From Mobula hypostoma (lineage: Eukaryota), in the NCBI RefSeq assembly GCF_963921235.1, contig NC_086097.1, positions 182,282,001-182,346,000 of the forward strand: 64,000 bases of DNA. Direction: 5' to 3'. This document shows positions 1 to 12,242 of this stretch, piece after piece. The position numbers were made by a program, and so were the translations under genes. The notes beneath the pieces are model-generated. The model was given only the letters and a program-made list of their open reading frames with translations, did not search any database and had not been told where the DNA came from. The number at the start of each line of letters is the position of its first letter. Position 1 is the first letter of the stretch.

Positions 1-3000
1 TACTGAGGGAGGGTGATACTGTGGAGGGGCGGTACTGAGAGAGGGTGATACTGTGGAGAGGCGGTACTGAGGGAGGGTGACACTGGAGGGGTGGTACTGA
101 GGGAGGGTTACACTGTTAGAGGGGCAGTACTGAGGGAGGGTGACACTGGAGGGGCGGTACTGAGGGAGGGTGATACTGTGGAGGGGCGGTACTGAGGGAG
201 GGTGACACTGTGGGGGGGCGATACTGAGGGAGGGTGACTGTGGGGGGTCAGTACTGAGGGAGGGTGACACTGGGAGGGGTGGTACTGAGGGAGGGTGACA
301 CTGTGGGATGGGTGGTACTGAGGGAGGGTGACACTGTGGGGGGCGGTACTGAAGGAGGGTGACACTGTGGGAGGGGTGGTACTGAGAGAGAATCACTGTG
401 GGAGGGGTGGTACTGAGGGAGGGTGACACTGGAGGGGCAGTACTGAGGGAGGGTGATACTGTGGAGGGGCGGTACTGAGGGAGGGTGACACTGGAGGGGT
501 GGTACTGAGGGAGGGTGACACTGGGAGGGGCGGTACTGAGGGAGGGTGACACTGGAGGGGCGGTACTGAGGGAGGGTGACACTGGAGGGGCGGTACTGAG
601 GGAGGGTGATACTGTGGAGGGGCGGTACTGAGAGAGGGTGATACTGTGGAGAGGCGGTACTGAGGGAGGGTGACACTGGAGGGGTGGTACTGAGGGAGGG
701 TTACACTGTTAGAGGGGCAGTACTGAGGGAGCGGTACTGAGGGAGGGTGACACTGTGGAGAGGCGGTACTGAGGGAGGGTGACACTGGAGGGGCGGTACT
801 GAGGGAGGGTGACACTGGAGGGGCGGTACTGAGGGAGGGTGATACTGTGGAGGGGCGGTACTGAGAGAGGGTGATACTGTGGAGAGGCGGTACTGAGGGA
901 GGGTGACACTGGAGGGGTGGTACTGAGGGAGGGTTACACTGTTAGAGGGGCAGTACTGAGGGAGGGTGACACTGGAGGGGCGGTACTGAGGGAGGGTGAT
1001 ACTGTGGAGGGGCGATACTGAGGGAGGGTGACTGTGGGGGGTCAGTACTGAGGGAGGGTGACACTGGGAGGGGTGGTACTGAGGGAGGGTGACACTGTGG
1101 GATGGGTGGTACTGAGGGAGGGTGACACTGTGGGGGGCGGTACTGAAGGAGGGTGACACTGGAGGGGCAGTACTGAGGGAGGGTGATACTGTGGAGGGGC
1201 GGTACTGAGGGAGGGTGACACTAGAGGGGTGGTACTGAGGGAGGGTGACACTGGAGGAGCAGTACTGAGGGAGGGTGACACTGGAGGAGCGGTACTGTGG
1301 GAGGGTGATACTGTGGAGGGGCGGTACTGAGGGAGGGTGACACTGGGAGGGGCGGTACTGAGGGAGGGTGACACTGTTAGAGGGGCAGTACTGAGGGAGG
1401 GTGACACTGTTAGAGGGGCGGCACTGAGGGAGGGTGACACTGGGAGGGGCGGTACTGAGGGAGGGTGACACTGTGGGTGGGGCGGTACTGAGGGAGGGTG
1501 ACACTGTGGAGGGGCTGTACTGAGGGAGGGTCAGTCTGTGGGAGGGGCGGTACTGAGGGAGGGTGACACTGGAGAGGCGGTACTGAGGGAGGGTGACACT
1601 GGGAGGGGCGGTACTGAAGTAGGGTGACACTGGAGGGGCGGTACTGAGAGAGGGTGACACTGTGGAGGGAGGGTACTGAGGGAGGGTGACACTGTTGGGG
1701 GGGTGGTACTGAGGGAGGGTGATACTGTGGAGGGGCGGTACTGAGGGAGGGTTACACTGGGAGGGGCGGTACTGAGGGAGGGTGACACTGTTGGAGGGGC
1801 GGTACTGAGGGAGGGTGACACTGGAGGGGCGGTACTGAGGGAGGGTCAGTCTGTGGGAGGGGCGGTACTGAGGGAGGGTGACACTGGAGAGGCGGTACTG
1901 AGGGAGGGTCACACTGGGAGGGGCGGTACTGAGGGAGGGTCACACTGGAGAGGCGGTACTGAGGGAGGGTGACACTGGAGAGGCGGTACTGAGGGAGGGT
2001 GACACTGGGAGGGGCGGTACTGAGGGAGGGTCATACTGTTAGAGGGGCGGTACTGAGGGAGGGTGACACTGGAGAGGCGGTACTGAGGGAGGGTTACACT
2101 GTTAGAGGGGCGGTACTGAGGGAGGGTGACACTGGAGGGGCGGTACTGAGGGAGGGTGACACTGGAGGGGCGGTACTGAGGGAGTGTGATACGGTGGAGG
2201 GGCGGTACTGAGGGAGGGTGATACTGTGGCGAGGCGGTACTGAGGCAGGGTGACACTGGAGGGGTGGTACTGAGGACGGGTTACACTGTTAGAGGGGCGG
2301 TACTGAGGGAGGGTGACACTGGAGGGGCGGTACTGAGGGAGGGTGACACTGGAGGGGCGGTACTGAGGGAGTGTGATACGGTGGAGGGGCGGTACTGAGG
2401 GAGGGTGATACTGTGGCGAGGCGGTACTGAGGCAGGGTGACACTGGAGGAGTGGTACTGAGGACGGGTTACACTGTTAGAGGGGCGGTACTGAGGGAGGG
2501 TGACACTGGAGGGGCGGTACTGAGGCAGGGTGATACTGTGGAGAGGCGATACTGAGGGAGGATGACACTGGGAGGGGCGGTACTGAGGGAGAGTGACACT
2601 GTGGAGAGGCGGTACTGAGGGAGGGTCACACTGGGAGGGGCAGTACTGAGGGAGGGTCACACTGTTAGAGGGGCGGTACTGAGGGAGGGTGACACTGGGA
2701 GGGGCGGTACTGAGGGAGGGACACCTTTAGAGGGGCGGTACTGAGGGAGGGTGACACTGGAGAGGCGGTACTGAGGGAGGGTCATACTGTTAGAGGGGCG
2801 GTACTGAGGGAGGGTGACACTGGAGAGGCGGTACTGAGGGAGGGTGACACTGGGAGGGGCGGTTCTGAGGGAGAGTGACACTGGAGAGGAGGTACTGAGG
2901 GAGGTTGACACTGGGAGGGGCGGTACTGAGGGAGGGTGATACTATTAGAGGGGCGGTACTGAGGGAGGGTGACACTGGAGAGGCGGTACTGAGGGAGGGT

Positions 3001-4541
3001 CACACTGTTAGAGGGGCGGTACTGAGGGAGGGAGGGAGGGTGACACTGGGAGGGGCGGTACTGAGGGAGGGTGACACTGTGGAGAGGCGGTACTGAGGGA
3101 GGGTCACACTGGGAGGGGCAGTACTGAGGGAAGGTCACACTGTTAGAGGGGCGGTACTGAGGGAGGGTGACACTGGGAGGGGCGGTACTGAGGGAGGGTG
3201 ACACTGGGAGGGGCGGTACTGAGGGAGGGTCAGACTGTTAGAGGGGCGGTACTGAGGGAGGGTGACACTGGAGAGGCGGTACTGAGGGAGGGTGACACTG
3301 GGAGGGGCGGTACTGAGGGAGGGTTACACTGTTAGAGGGGCGGTACTGAGGGAGGGTGACACTGGAGAGGCGGTACTGAGGGAGGGTTACACTGTTAGAG
3401 GGGCGGTACTGAGGGAGGGTGACACTGGAGAGGCGGTACTGAGGGAGGGTGACACTGGGAGGGGCGGTTCTGAGGGAGGGTGACACTGGAGAGGCGGTAC
3501 TGAGGGAGGTTGACACTGGGAGGGGTGGTACTGAGGGAGGGTCATACTGTTAGAGGGGCGGTACTGAGGGAGGGTGACACTGGAGAGGCGGTACTGAGGG
3601 AGGGTCACACTGTTAGAGGGGCGGTACTGAGGGAGGGTGACACTGGGAGGGGCGGTACTGAGGGAGGGTCACACTGTTAGAGGGGCGGTACTGAGGGAGG
3701 GTGACACTGGAGAGGCGGTACTGAGGGAGGGTGACACTGGGAGGGGCGGTTCTGAGGGAGGGTGACACTGGAGAGGCGGTACTGAGGGAGGTTGACACTG
3801 GGAGGGGCGGTACTGAGGGAGGGTCATACTGTTAGAGGGGCGGTACTGAGGGAGGGTGACACTGGAGAGGCGGTACTGAGGGAGGGTCACACTGTTAGAG
3901 GGGCGGTACTGAGGGAGGGTGACACTGGAGAGGCGGTACTGAGGGAGGGTGACACTGGGAGGGGCGGTTCTGAGGGAGGGTGACACTGGAGAGGCAGTAC
4001 TGAGGGAGGGTGACACTGGGAGGGGCGGTACTGAGGGAGGGTCACACTGTTAGAGGGGCGGTACTGAGGGAGGTGACACTGGGAGGGGCGGTACTGAGGG
4101 AGGGTCACACTGTTAGAGGGGCGGTACTGAGGGAGGGTTACACTGGAGAGGCGGTACTGAGGGAGGGTCACACTGTTAGAGGGGCGGTACTGAGGGAGGG
4201 TGACACTGGAGAGGTGGTACTGAGGGAGGGTGACACTGGGAGGGGTGGTACTGAGGGAGGGTGACACTGTGGGAGGGGCGGTACTGAGGGAGGGTCAGTC
4301 TGTGGGAGGGGCGGTACTGAGGGAGGGTGACACTGGAGAGGCGGTACTGAGGGAGGGGGACACTGGGAGGGGCGGTACTGAGGGAGGGTGACACTGGAAG
4401 GGGCGGTACTGAGGGAGGGTCACACTGGAAGGGGCGGTACTGAGGGAGGGTGACACTGGAGAGGCGGTACTGAGGGAGGGTGACAGTGGGAGGGGCGGTT
4501 CTGAGGGAGGGTGACTCTGTGGAGGGGCAGTACTGAGGGAG
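1..4541. repeat. G-rich minisatellite, ~29-33 bp unit (GGTACTGAGGGAGGGTGACACTG[T/G]GAGGGGC), roughly 140-150 copies, running off the window start
   Basis: Tandem units read directly; variant units (…GTTAGAGGGG, …GGAGAGG, …GATACTGTGG) are interspersed; all overlapping ORFs are repeat translations. Confidence 0.98.
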
Positions 4542-4815
4542 TACTGCAGCGGTGGAGAGATAGTGTTGACATATGTGCACTGCTGGGAATGCTTTATTTG
4601 AAGGCTTTTCATGTCAATTGTGTTGGATGGATATCTGGGCTGTAACCACGGAGTGAGAAGTTTGGAACATTGCTTATTTCTGAACTAACATCACAGAAAC
4701 AGATTATCGGGTTATTATCACTCAGCTGATCAAATTACTTGCTGTGCACTAGTTGGTGGCAGCCTTTTCACATTTCTATTAATGTTAGGGAAGGCTTTGT
4801 GATGACCTGTGAATA
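4528..4815 (+). mobile_element. Degenerate Deu-domain SINE (SacSINE1-like) remnant contiguous with the minisatellite end
   Basis: CAGTACTGAGGGAGTACTGCAGC.. followed by AACATCACAGAAACAGATTATCGGGTTATTATCAC..CTTGCTGTGCAC resembles the chondrichthyan DeuSINE as I recall it; not verified by search. Confidence 0.55.
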
Positions 4816-5589
4816 GGGGACGGGAGGTGGAGGGATCTCTTTTCCCATCCTGAATGGGCGAGTTTGTTTACCTGTTGGTACCAGATACCAGAGTGGTGTG
4901 CCGAGCTATCATGTACATGCTGACCCCATGACAGGATGACAAGTTCCAAAATTTGAGAGCAGCAGGACAGTGACAGCACCCTATGCACCTCTGACCCATC
5001 CCCCCCAAGCTACAACCAGATTGTTTAATTTCTTTTCTACTGCCGTCTGTTAATTAATGGAAAATCATATTTGTCCTTTTACTGTGGCTGACTTTGGTAT
5101 TGGATTTAAATTGCATCTCTTCATCCATGCAACAGAGTGCGTCCTTCCTTAATTTACCTCTAATTTGAAAGCATTTGTTGCTGGTGTAGTGTGTGAGGCA
5201 GGGTCGCAGGGTTAACATGCATTACAAGCTGCAGGTTCTCTGATTCACTTTGAATGGTCTTAGGCTTTTAAAAACCTATTAAATAATAACGAGACTAGGT
5301 GCTGGATTGGATTGTTTTCTCTTGCTGCCCCCTAATTACTCAGGCACTGAGTGCCATTGGTGAATTTGTATTTGCTCCCTTTCTCTGGGGATTTGATATT
5401 ATATTCCTCACTTTCAGAGGAGGGCTAATTCGGGAACGGCTGCACTGTGCAGTTACAACAATATTGTGGAGCACCAGATGATAATCAGAATTGTTTGCAA
5501 ATGCAGATTTACAAATCTGTTCAGGCTCCTTCAGAAACCAATTCTGATCTGTGCACACATGGAAAACTGGCCGTGGATGTGTGGCTGAT

Positions 5590-5920
5590 CAATAGTCAGA
5601 GATGCAGCATGGAACTGAGCCATTCAGGCCACTGAGTCTATGCTGGCACCCAACCATCCGATTACACTAATCCTACACTAATTCCATTTTATTCTCTTCA
5701 CATTTTCTGCAGTTTCTTCCCAGATTCTCCCTCTCACCCACATGTGAGACGTAATTCACAGTGGCCAATTAATGTAGCAACCTGCACTTCTTTAGTATTT
5801 GGGAGGAAACGGGAGCAGCTGGGGAAACCCACCTGGTCACGGGGAAAATGCAAATTCCACAAGGATAGGAATGGGGGTCGGGTGTGAACCCAATTCTCTC
5901 GCACTTGGAGGCAGTGGCCC
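5590..5920 (-). mobile_element. V-SINE (HE1-like), degenerate
   Basis: Reverse complement of the V-domain: GGGAGGAAACGGGAGCAGCTGGGGAAACCCAC..GGTCACGGGGAAAATGCAAATTCCAC. Confidence 0.7.
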
Positions 5921-6399
5921 TACTATTGGGTCCACTCTGCCGCCACAGTACGATTTAGTGCCAGAATATGAACCAGTGTGGTACACAGGGTGGTACCTGT
6001 GTGTGTTTGTTTTGGTGCTCATGTATGAGCCAGTGCCAGTGTGTGTCAGTGCCAGTTTGTGAGTTGATGCCAGTGTGCAAGCTAGTGCCATTGCTGGGAC
6101 TAATGCGACCATGTGTGTTGAGGTTATGAGTGTGTTGAGTGGGTGTCAGCTTGTTATGAGCTCAGCTATCACAGATCTGTCATTCTTCAGACGTGACTAC
6201 TTCCCATGCATTTGAGAAATGGTGATCAACAGTTCATTGTTTGATGGGGAGCTGTGGATTCTCCTCTACACCGCCAGTTATCACTGTGTGTGAGTGTGTG
6301 TGTGAGCTTGCCGTGCAGAGATGGTTTGGGCATGTTGATGCAGCGGCAGTTATAGGTTGACCTACAAACAGAAAAGTTGCACCTGAAAGAAAAAATTTC

Positions 6400-7385
6400 T
6401 TCCCCCTTGTTGAGTTCAGGAGTCAGGAAGTTACATTGCAGCTTGAAAAACTCAGTTGGACTTCATCTGGAGTATTGTATTCAGTTCCGGTTGCTCCATT
6501 CTATAAAGGGTGTGAAGGTTTTGCAGTGGATGCAAAAGATGCTGCCTGGATTAGAGAGTATGAGCTATAACAAGAGGTTGAACAAACTTGGGTTACTTTC
6601 ACTGGAGCGGCAGAGGGTGACAAAGACTTGATGAAGATTCATAAAACTATGAGAGGCATGGATAGAATAGATAGACAGTATCGGTTTCCCAGGGTTGAAG
6701 TTCCTAATTTGAGGGCATGCATTCAAGGTGGTAGGTGGGTGCCTGGAATATTCAGCTAGGGGTGGTGGTGGAGGCAAATACCACAGAGTTCAAGGTTCAA
6801 AGTAAGTTTATTATCAAGGTACGTACACGTCCCCATATACGACCCTGCAATTGATTTTATTGCGGGCATACTCAATAACTCCAATAACCATAATATAGTC
6901 AATGATGGACTGCACCTACAGGACGGACAACCAGTGTGCAAAAGCCGGTATGCTGTGCAAGTACAAAAGGAATGAAAAATACATCATAATAAATATCAAG
7001 AACATGAGGTGAAGAGTCCTTGAAAGTGAGTCAATAGGTTGTGGGAACAGTTCAGTGTTGGGGCAGGTGAAGTTGAGTGAAGTTATCCCCTCTGGTTCAG
7101 GAGCCTGATGGTTGAGGGATAATAGCTGTTCCTGAACCTGCTAATGAGAGTCCTGAGGGTCCTGTACCTTCTTCCTGATGGCAGCAGCGAGAAGAAAGCA
7201 TGAGCTGAGTGGTGGTGTTCAAAGGAGCTCTTTGATAGGCACATGAATATGCAGGAAATAGAAGGCTATAGATATTGTGTAGGGATTACTTTAGCTGGGC
7301 ATTTGATCACTAATTTAGTTAGTTTGGCACAACATTATGGGCTGAAGGGCTTGTTCCTGTGCTGGATTGTTCTATGTTCTGTGTA
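6400..7385 (+). mobile_element. CR1 LINE 3' fragment, interrupted at ~6788-7218 by an opposite-strand Rex1-type LINE tail
   Basis: HLEYCIQF..MLPGLESMSYNKRLNKLGLLSLE translation; CR1 tail ending TTCTATGTTCT. Confidence 0.75.
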
Positions 7386-7956
7386 TTTCCCTGGTGTGGT
7401 CCCTTAGAGGTTGCTGGAAGAGCCTGGTCCATCAGCCTGGTGTGGATGAGCTGCAGGTGATGAAGCAGACTGCACAAGCATCCACCTTGTACGGCAGAGA
7501 CAAAGCCACACGCTAATAAGAAGAGCAGAAATGTAATGACAAAAGCCTCCTGCTGTGTTGCTGTTTATTGGCAAGTTCCAAAAACCCATTGAGTTCTCGG
7601 ACTGGTTTATCTAGCGTGAGATGAGAGAGTTCCATCTTCTAATCGTGCCCATTAGGAACAATTCAAGAGGTCCTGTTTTTTCTCATTATTTCAGGTATTC
7701 TAATGAGCACTCTGATTATTGAATGCCACAGTCGGTCTGGTTTAGACCAATAAACGAGCCTCGCTCACTGCTGAACAGAAAACAGCACCAGCCAGGGGTT
7801 CCAGCACCCAGGGCAGTGGCTCCCTGTATTGTGGCCAGACCGGTATTTATTACCTATCCCCAATTAACTTTCGACAGAGGGCAGTGTTCGTCCATCTAAT
7901 GGATTTAATAATTTGCTGAGGTGCGTGGCAGACAATTTTAAAGACAATTAGACCAT

Positions 7957-8150
7957 ATTCTTGGGAGGGGGGTCAGTACTGGCATTCCATTCGTTCACAG
8001 ACGGTAATCAAGTGTGATACACCCAAATCATGGAGTTATTGAGGGAGGTAGGGGTGGGTCATTCTTGGGGGGTGGGGGGGTCAGTACCGGCGTTCCATCC
8101 ATTCACAGACGGTAACCAAGTGTAATACACCCAAATCATGTAGTTACTGA
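7957..8150. repeat. Imperfect tandem duplication of ~90 bp, period 104 bp
   Basis: ATTCTTGGG..GGTCAGTAC.GGC.TTCCAT.C.TTCACAGACGGTAA.CAAGTGT.ATACACCCAAATCATG.AGTTA.TGA at 7957 and 8061. Confidence 0.9.
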
Positions 8151-9664
8151 ACACAGGGACAGGCCCTTCAGCCCACCACCTCCATGCCATCCATTGAATG
8201 CTCATCGACCTTAATCCTATTTATTACACAATCTGGCTCATTACTTCAGCTGCTCGACTAGACGCTTCTCAAATGCTTGAGAGTCTCTGCCTCCTCTTCA
8301 AGTTGTGCATTCCAGGTTCCAACCACCCTCACCCTGTCAGTAACTTCAGTCTATAACCTCAGATTCAGATGGGCTATGCAAGCTATGTGAATGTGCTAGG
8401 CCTTGCAGCTTGATGCAAGAAAGTATGAAGTTATCCACTGAAGTTGGAAGGTTTTTATCAGGTGAGGAGTGGGCTGGTGGTCAGAGAGACCTGTACGCTG
8501 GTATATTGATCACTGGGAGGTAATGTGCAGCTGGGAAAGCCGGTGGTGTGTTTGGCCTGTTACAGGGAGATCTTTATACGAGAGTAGAGATGTCTTGCTC
8601 CATTTATTTAGAGGCCCATTGAGACAGGACTTGGAATCCCAGCTACAGATCTGTTCTCTGTGAGGAAAGACGTACTTGTGGTAGAGTAAAGCGTGGAATG
8701 ATGAAAGGTTTCTGATAGGGAAGAAGGCATTTGACCCCCTGGACAAAGACGAGAAACCCACTTCCCCAAGGTGGGTCTTTAGTTCTCAGATGCTTTAAAC
8801 TACCGTTGTGCCCAGCAGCTCTCAGGAGTTGAGAGGGAGACGGTAAGGTAACCCTGTTCATGTGCACGCCAGGTACCATTCAATTCCATGGAGTGTCTCT
8901 GCCTTTCTCACCCTGTCAGGTGGTGAGGTCTGCACCTCTCCCATGCTCTTGGTGTGAATATTTCCCTCATCTTCCTCTACCCCTTCTCCACATGTGAATT
9001 CTCTGCCCCTGTTAAGAGAAGTATGTTGAAGTATGTCGAAGTTCAAATTCAGTTTATTGTTATTCATCTGTATGCATGTACAGTATATCACCACATGAAA
9101 CAATGTTCCTCCAGACCAAGGTGCACGGCAATACATAAAACTACATATGCAATACATAAAATAATATTACAACAAATAATAGGGGTGCATTTACGACGCA
9201 AGTTAAAAGGTAGTGCAAAAGGAGAGCAAAACTAGTGAGATAGTGTTCATGGGTTGATTCAGTCCATTCAGAAATCTGATGGAGAAGGGGAAGAAACCGT
9301 TCCTAAAACATTGACTGTGTATCTTCAGAATCCTCTCTAGAGCCCTTTCTGATCCTTGCTTCCTATACCTTAAGTATGCTTCTTTCTTTCTCTTGACTAG
9401 ATGTTTCAAATCCCTTATCAACCATGGTTCCTCACCCTACCATTCTTTCCCTGAGCCAAAACAACCTCCACACTTTTGTTGTGTATTTCCCTGAGTGCCC
9501 CCATTCCAGTTTATATACCCAAGTTCCTGCCAAATAGCATCATAATAACGCCTCCCTCAATTAAATACTTGCCCGTACCACCTTCTCCTATCCCTCTCCA
9601 AGGTTATAGTAAAGGTCAGGAAGTTCTGGGCAGGAACAATGTGATTGAGTGCAGAAAAGATTCA

Positions 9665-10665
9665 TCAGAATTAGAATCAGAATCAGAATCAGAATCAGGT
9701 TTAATACCACTGACATATTTAGTGACACACATCAAAGTTGCTGGTGAAGGCAGCAGGCCAGGCAGCATCTCTAGGAAGAGGTACAGTCGACGTTTTGGGC
9801 TGAGACCCTTCGTCACCAGCAACTTTGATGTGTGTTGCTTGAATTTCCAGCATCTGCAGAATTCCTCGTACTGGCATATTTAGTGAAATTCGTTATTTTG
9901 CAGCAGTGGTACATTGCAATACATAATAAAAAAAACTATAAATTACAATAAGAAATATATATTAAAATTAAATTCAATAAATAGTGCAAATACAGAGCAA
10001 AAATAGTGAGGTAGTATACATGGATTCATTGTCTGTTCAGAAATCTGATGGCGGAGGGGAAGAATTTTGAGAGTGTGTCTTCATGCTGCTGTACCACCTC
10101 CTTGATGGTAGCAATGAGTGCAGGCATGTCTTAGGTGATGGGGGTCCTTAATGATAGACGCTGCCTTTTTGAGGCATCACCTTTTGAAGATGTCCGGGAC
10201 GCTGGGGAGGCTAGTGCCCACGATGGAGCTGGCTGAGCTTGCAGCTTTTTCCGATCCTGTGCAGTGGCCCCCGCCATACCAGACGGTGATGCAACCAGTT
10301 AGAATGCTCTCTATGGTACACTGTAGAAATTTGCTAGAGTCTTTGCTGATGCACCAAATCTCAAACTCCTAATGAAATATAACCACTGCCATCCCTTCTC
10401 TGCAATTGCATCAATGTGTTGGGCTCAGAATAGGTCTGCAGAGACTAGAAATTTCAGGAATTTGAAGCGGCTCACCCTTTCCACTACTGATCCTGTGATA
10501 AGAACTGAAGTGTGTTCCTTTGACTTCCCCTTCCCGAAGTCTACAGTCATTTCCTTGGTCTTACGAATGCCGAGTGAAAGCTTGTTGCAACTCCACTCAA
10601 CCAGCTGATCTATCTCACTCCTCTACACCTCCTCGTCATCACCTGAAATTCTGCTAACAATAGTT
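9665..10665 (-). mobile_element. Rex1/Babar-type LINE 3' fragment with (AGAATC)n tail
   Basis: Minus strand encodes degenerate ESILTGCITVW..AASIIKDPHHP motifs; tail microsatellite at ~9667-9698. Confidence 0.8.
9725..9869. mobile_element. Short Penelope-derived hammerhead-type element with 16 bp TSD
   Basis: TSD ACTGACATATTTAGTG (9709-9724) / ACTGGCATATTTAGTG (9870-9885); 23 bp perfect inverted arms ACACACATCAAAGTTGCTGGTGA / TCACCAGCAACTTTGATGTGTGT; damaged hammerhead core on the minus strand. Confidence 0.8.
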
Positions 10666-11559
10666 GCTGCTTGGAATGGAGTGTTTCAGTTAGAGGAGAG
10701 ACTTGAGAGTTTGAGTCTGTTCTCCCTAGAATGGAGGCTAAGTAATAAGTAAGGATAATGGAGGTATATAAAATAATGAGGAGTATAGACGGGGGTAGAC
10801 TGCAGAGAACCTTTCCCTTCATCTAAGGCATATGAAGCAAAGGATTTAGGTTAAGTGGGCAGAGATTTGGAGGGATCTGAGGAGGACCAGAGAAAGGCGA
10901 ATACTTAGGACACACTGCAGAGCAGTGGATGCAAAGTCACTGACACTCTTGAAGAGGTGCCTAGAACTTGAATTGCCGGGCATTGAAGGCTACAGGCCAA
11001 GTGCTGAGAGATGGGATTAATGCAGGCGATTGCCCAGTGGTTTGGACTTGATGGGCCGAATGACGTGTTTTCATGCTGTATGCCTGCTCTTGTGATCATT
11101 ACTTTATTATGGGAGTGGCCATTCTACAAAAGACCTTCACTGTCTGTGAGCTGCTGTGGATGTTCTGGGCTGTGAAAGATGCTGGAGAGGTGGAGGAGGT
11201 GCTGGAGTGTGTGAGCACTTTCACACAGCGAGTGCAGTGTTCTGGACTTGCTGCCTCTCACTAACGGCTGGAGACAGAGGGTGATGGTCAGTGAATTCTG
11301 ACCTTGTCAGTGATGCCCTTGTCACACGGTTGAAATAGCTGTCCACCTCTTCCATAGCTTCTGAACGCCAGGCTCTCTCTTTGCTACATGGGAATCTCCT
11401 GGATCAGAAGGCCTGTTCCCTCCTTGCCTGTGCAGGGTCCTCGTCTCCGATTTAGACTTGGATGAAGTTATTGAGTTGCTGAGCCGTGCAGTGATACAGA
11501 TATTTTTTGCCGTTTGTCTTGCGTAAAGCAATTGGCCGACAGCTTACAGAGCTTAGGGA

Positions 11560-11620
11560 ATGAGGCATTATGCAAATGAGTATTGTATTTGCATAACCCT
11601 AATTAGGTAATTACTAATCT
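11560..11620. promoter_or_regulatory. Candidate enhancer core: two inverted octamer (POU) sites plus two TAATTA homeodomain palindromes
   Basis: ATGCAAAT 11570-11577, ATTTGCAT 11587-11594, CCTAATTAGG and GTAATTAC in non-TE sequence. Confidence 0.5.
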
Positions 11621-12242
11621 GTTTGCTATGTGATCAAGTATGTGTGAAGATGTATCATTTGCTGTTCACTGTTTCCTTTTGCCGATCGAGTCCGAAGAGC
11701 AGTTCTTTTGATGATAGGGTCAAATTTTGGGAGGGAAAGTTCTGGTCTTGGGTGTGGGGTCTCTTGGACCAGATGGTATCATGCTTCCTGTCTCTGTTCC
11801 TGCCTCTTTTCTGTTCCTAGTGCTGGAAGGTGGTTCAATCATCACGTGTGCTGAGGTAGGAGAATGGACAAAGAAGTGGCAGATGAAATACACTGTAGGG
11901 AAGTGTATGGTCATGCACTTTGGTGGAAAGAATAAAGGCGTAGACTTTTCTGAATTTGGAGTGAATTCAGAAGTCAAAGATGCAAAGGGACTTGGGAGTT
12001 CCAGTGCAGGATTCCCTAAAAGTTAATTTGCAGGTTGAGTCAGTAGTAAGGGAGACAAATGCAGCTTTAGCGTTCCTAGAACATAGAACAGTACAGCATA
12101 GGAACAGGCCCTCAGCCCACAGCATTGTGCTGAACCAATTAAATTAGTAATCAAATGTCTAACTAAACTGCTGCTTACACAACGTCTAAATCCCTCCATT
12201 TCCCTCACATTCATGTGCCTATTTAAATATCGCTTAAAACCT

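Noticed and set aside
108..4612. Many Pro/Ser-rich ORFs up to 403 aa (extensin/mucin-like)
   Set aside because: Translations of the minisatellite in several frames; no independent evidence of a gene
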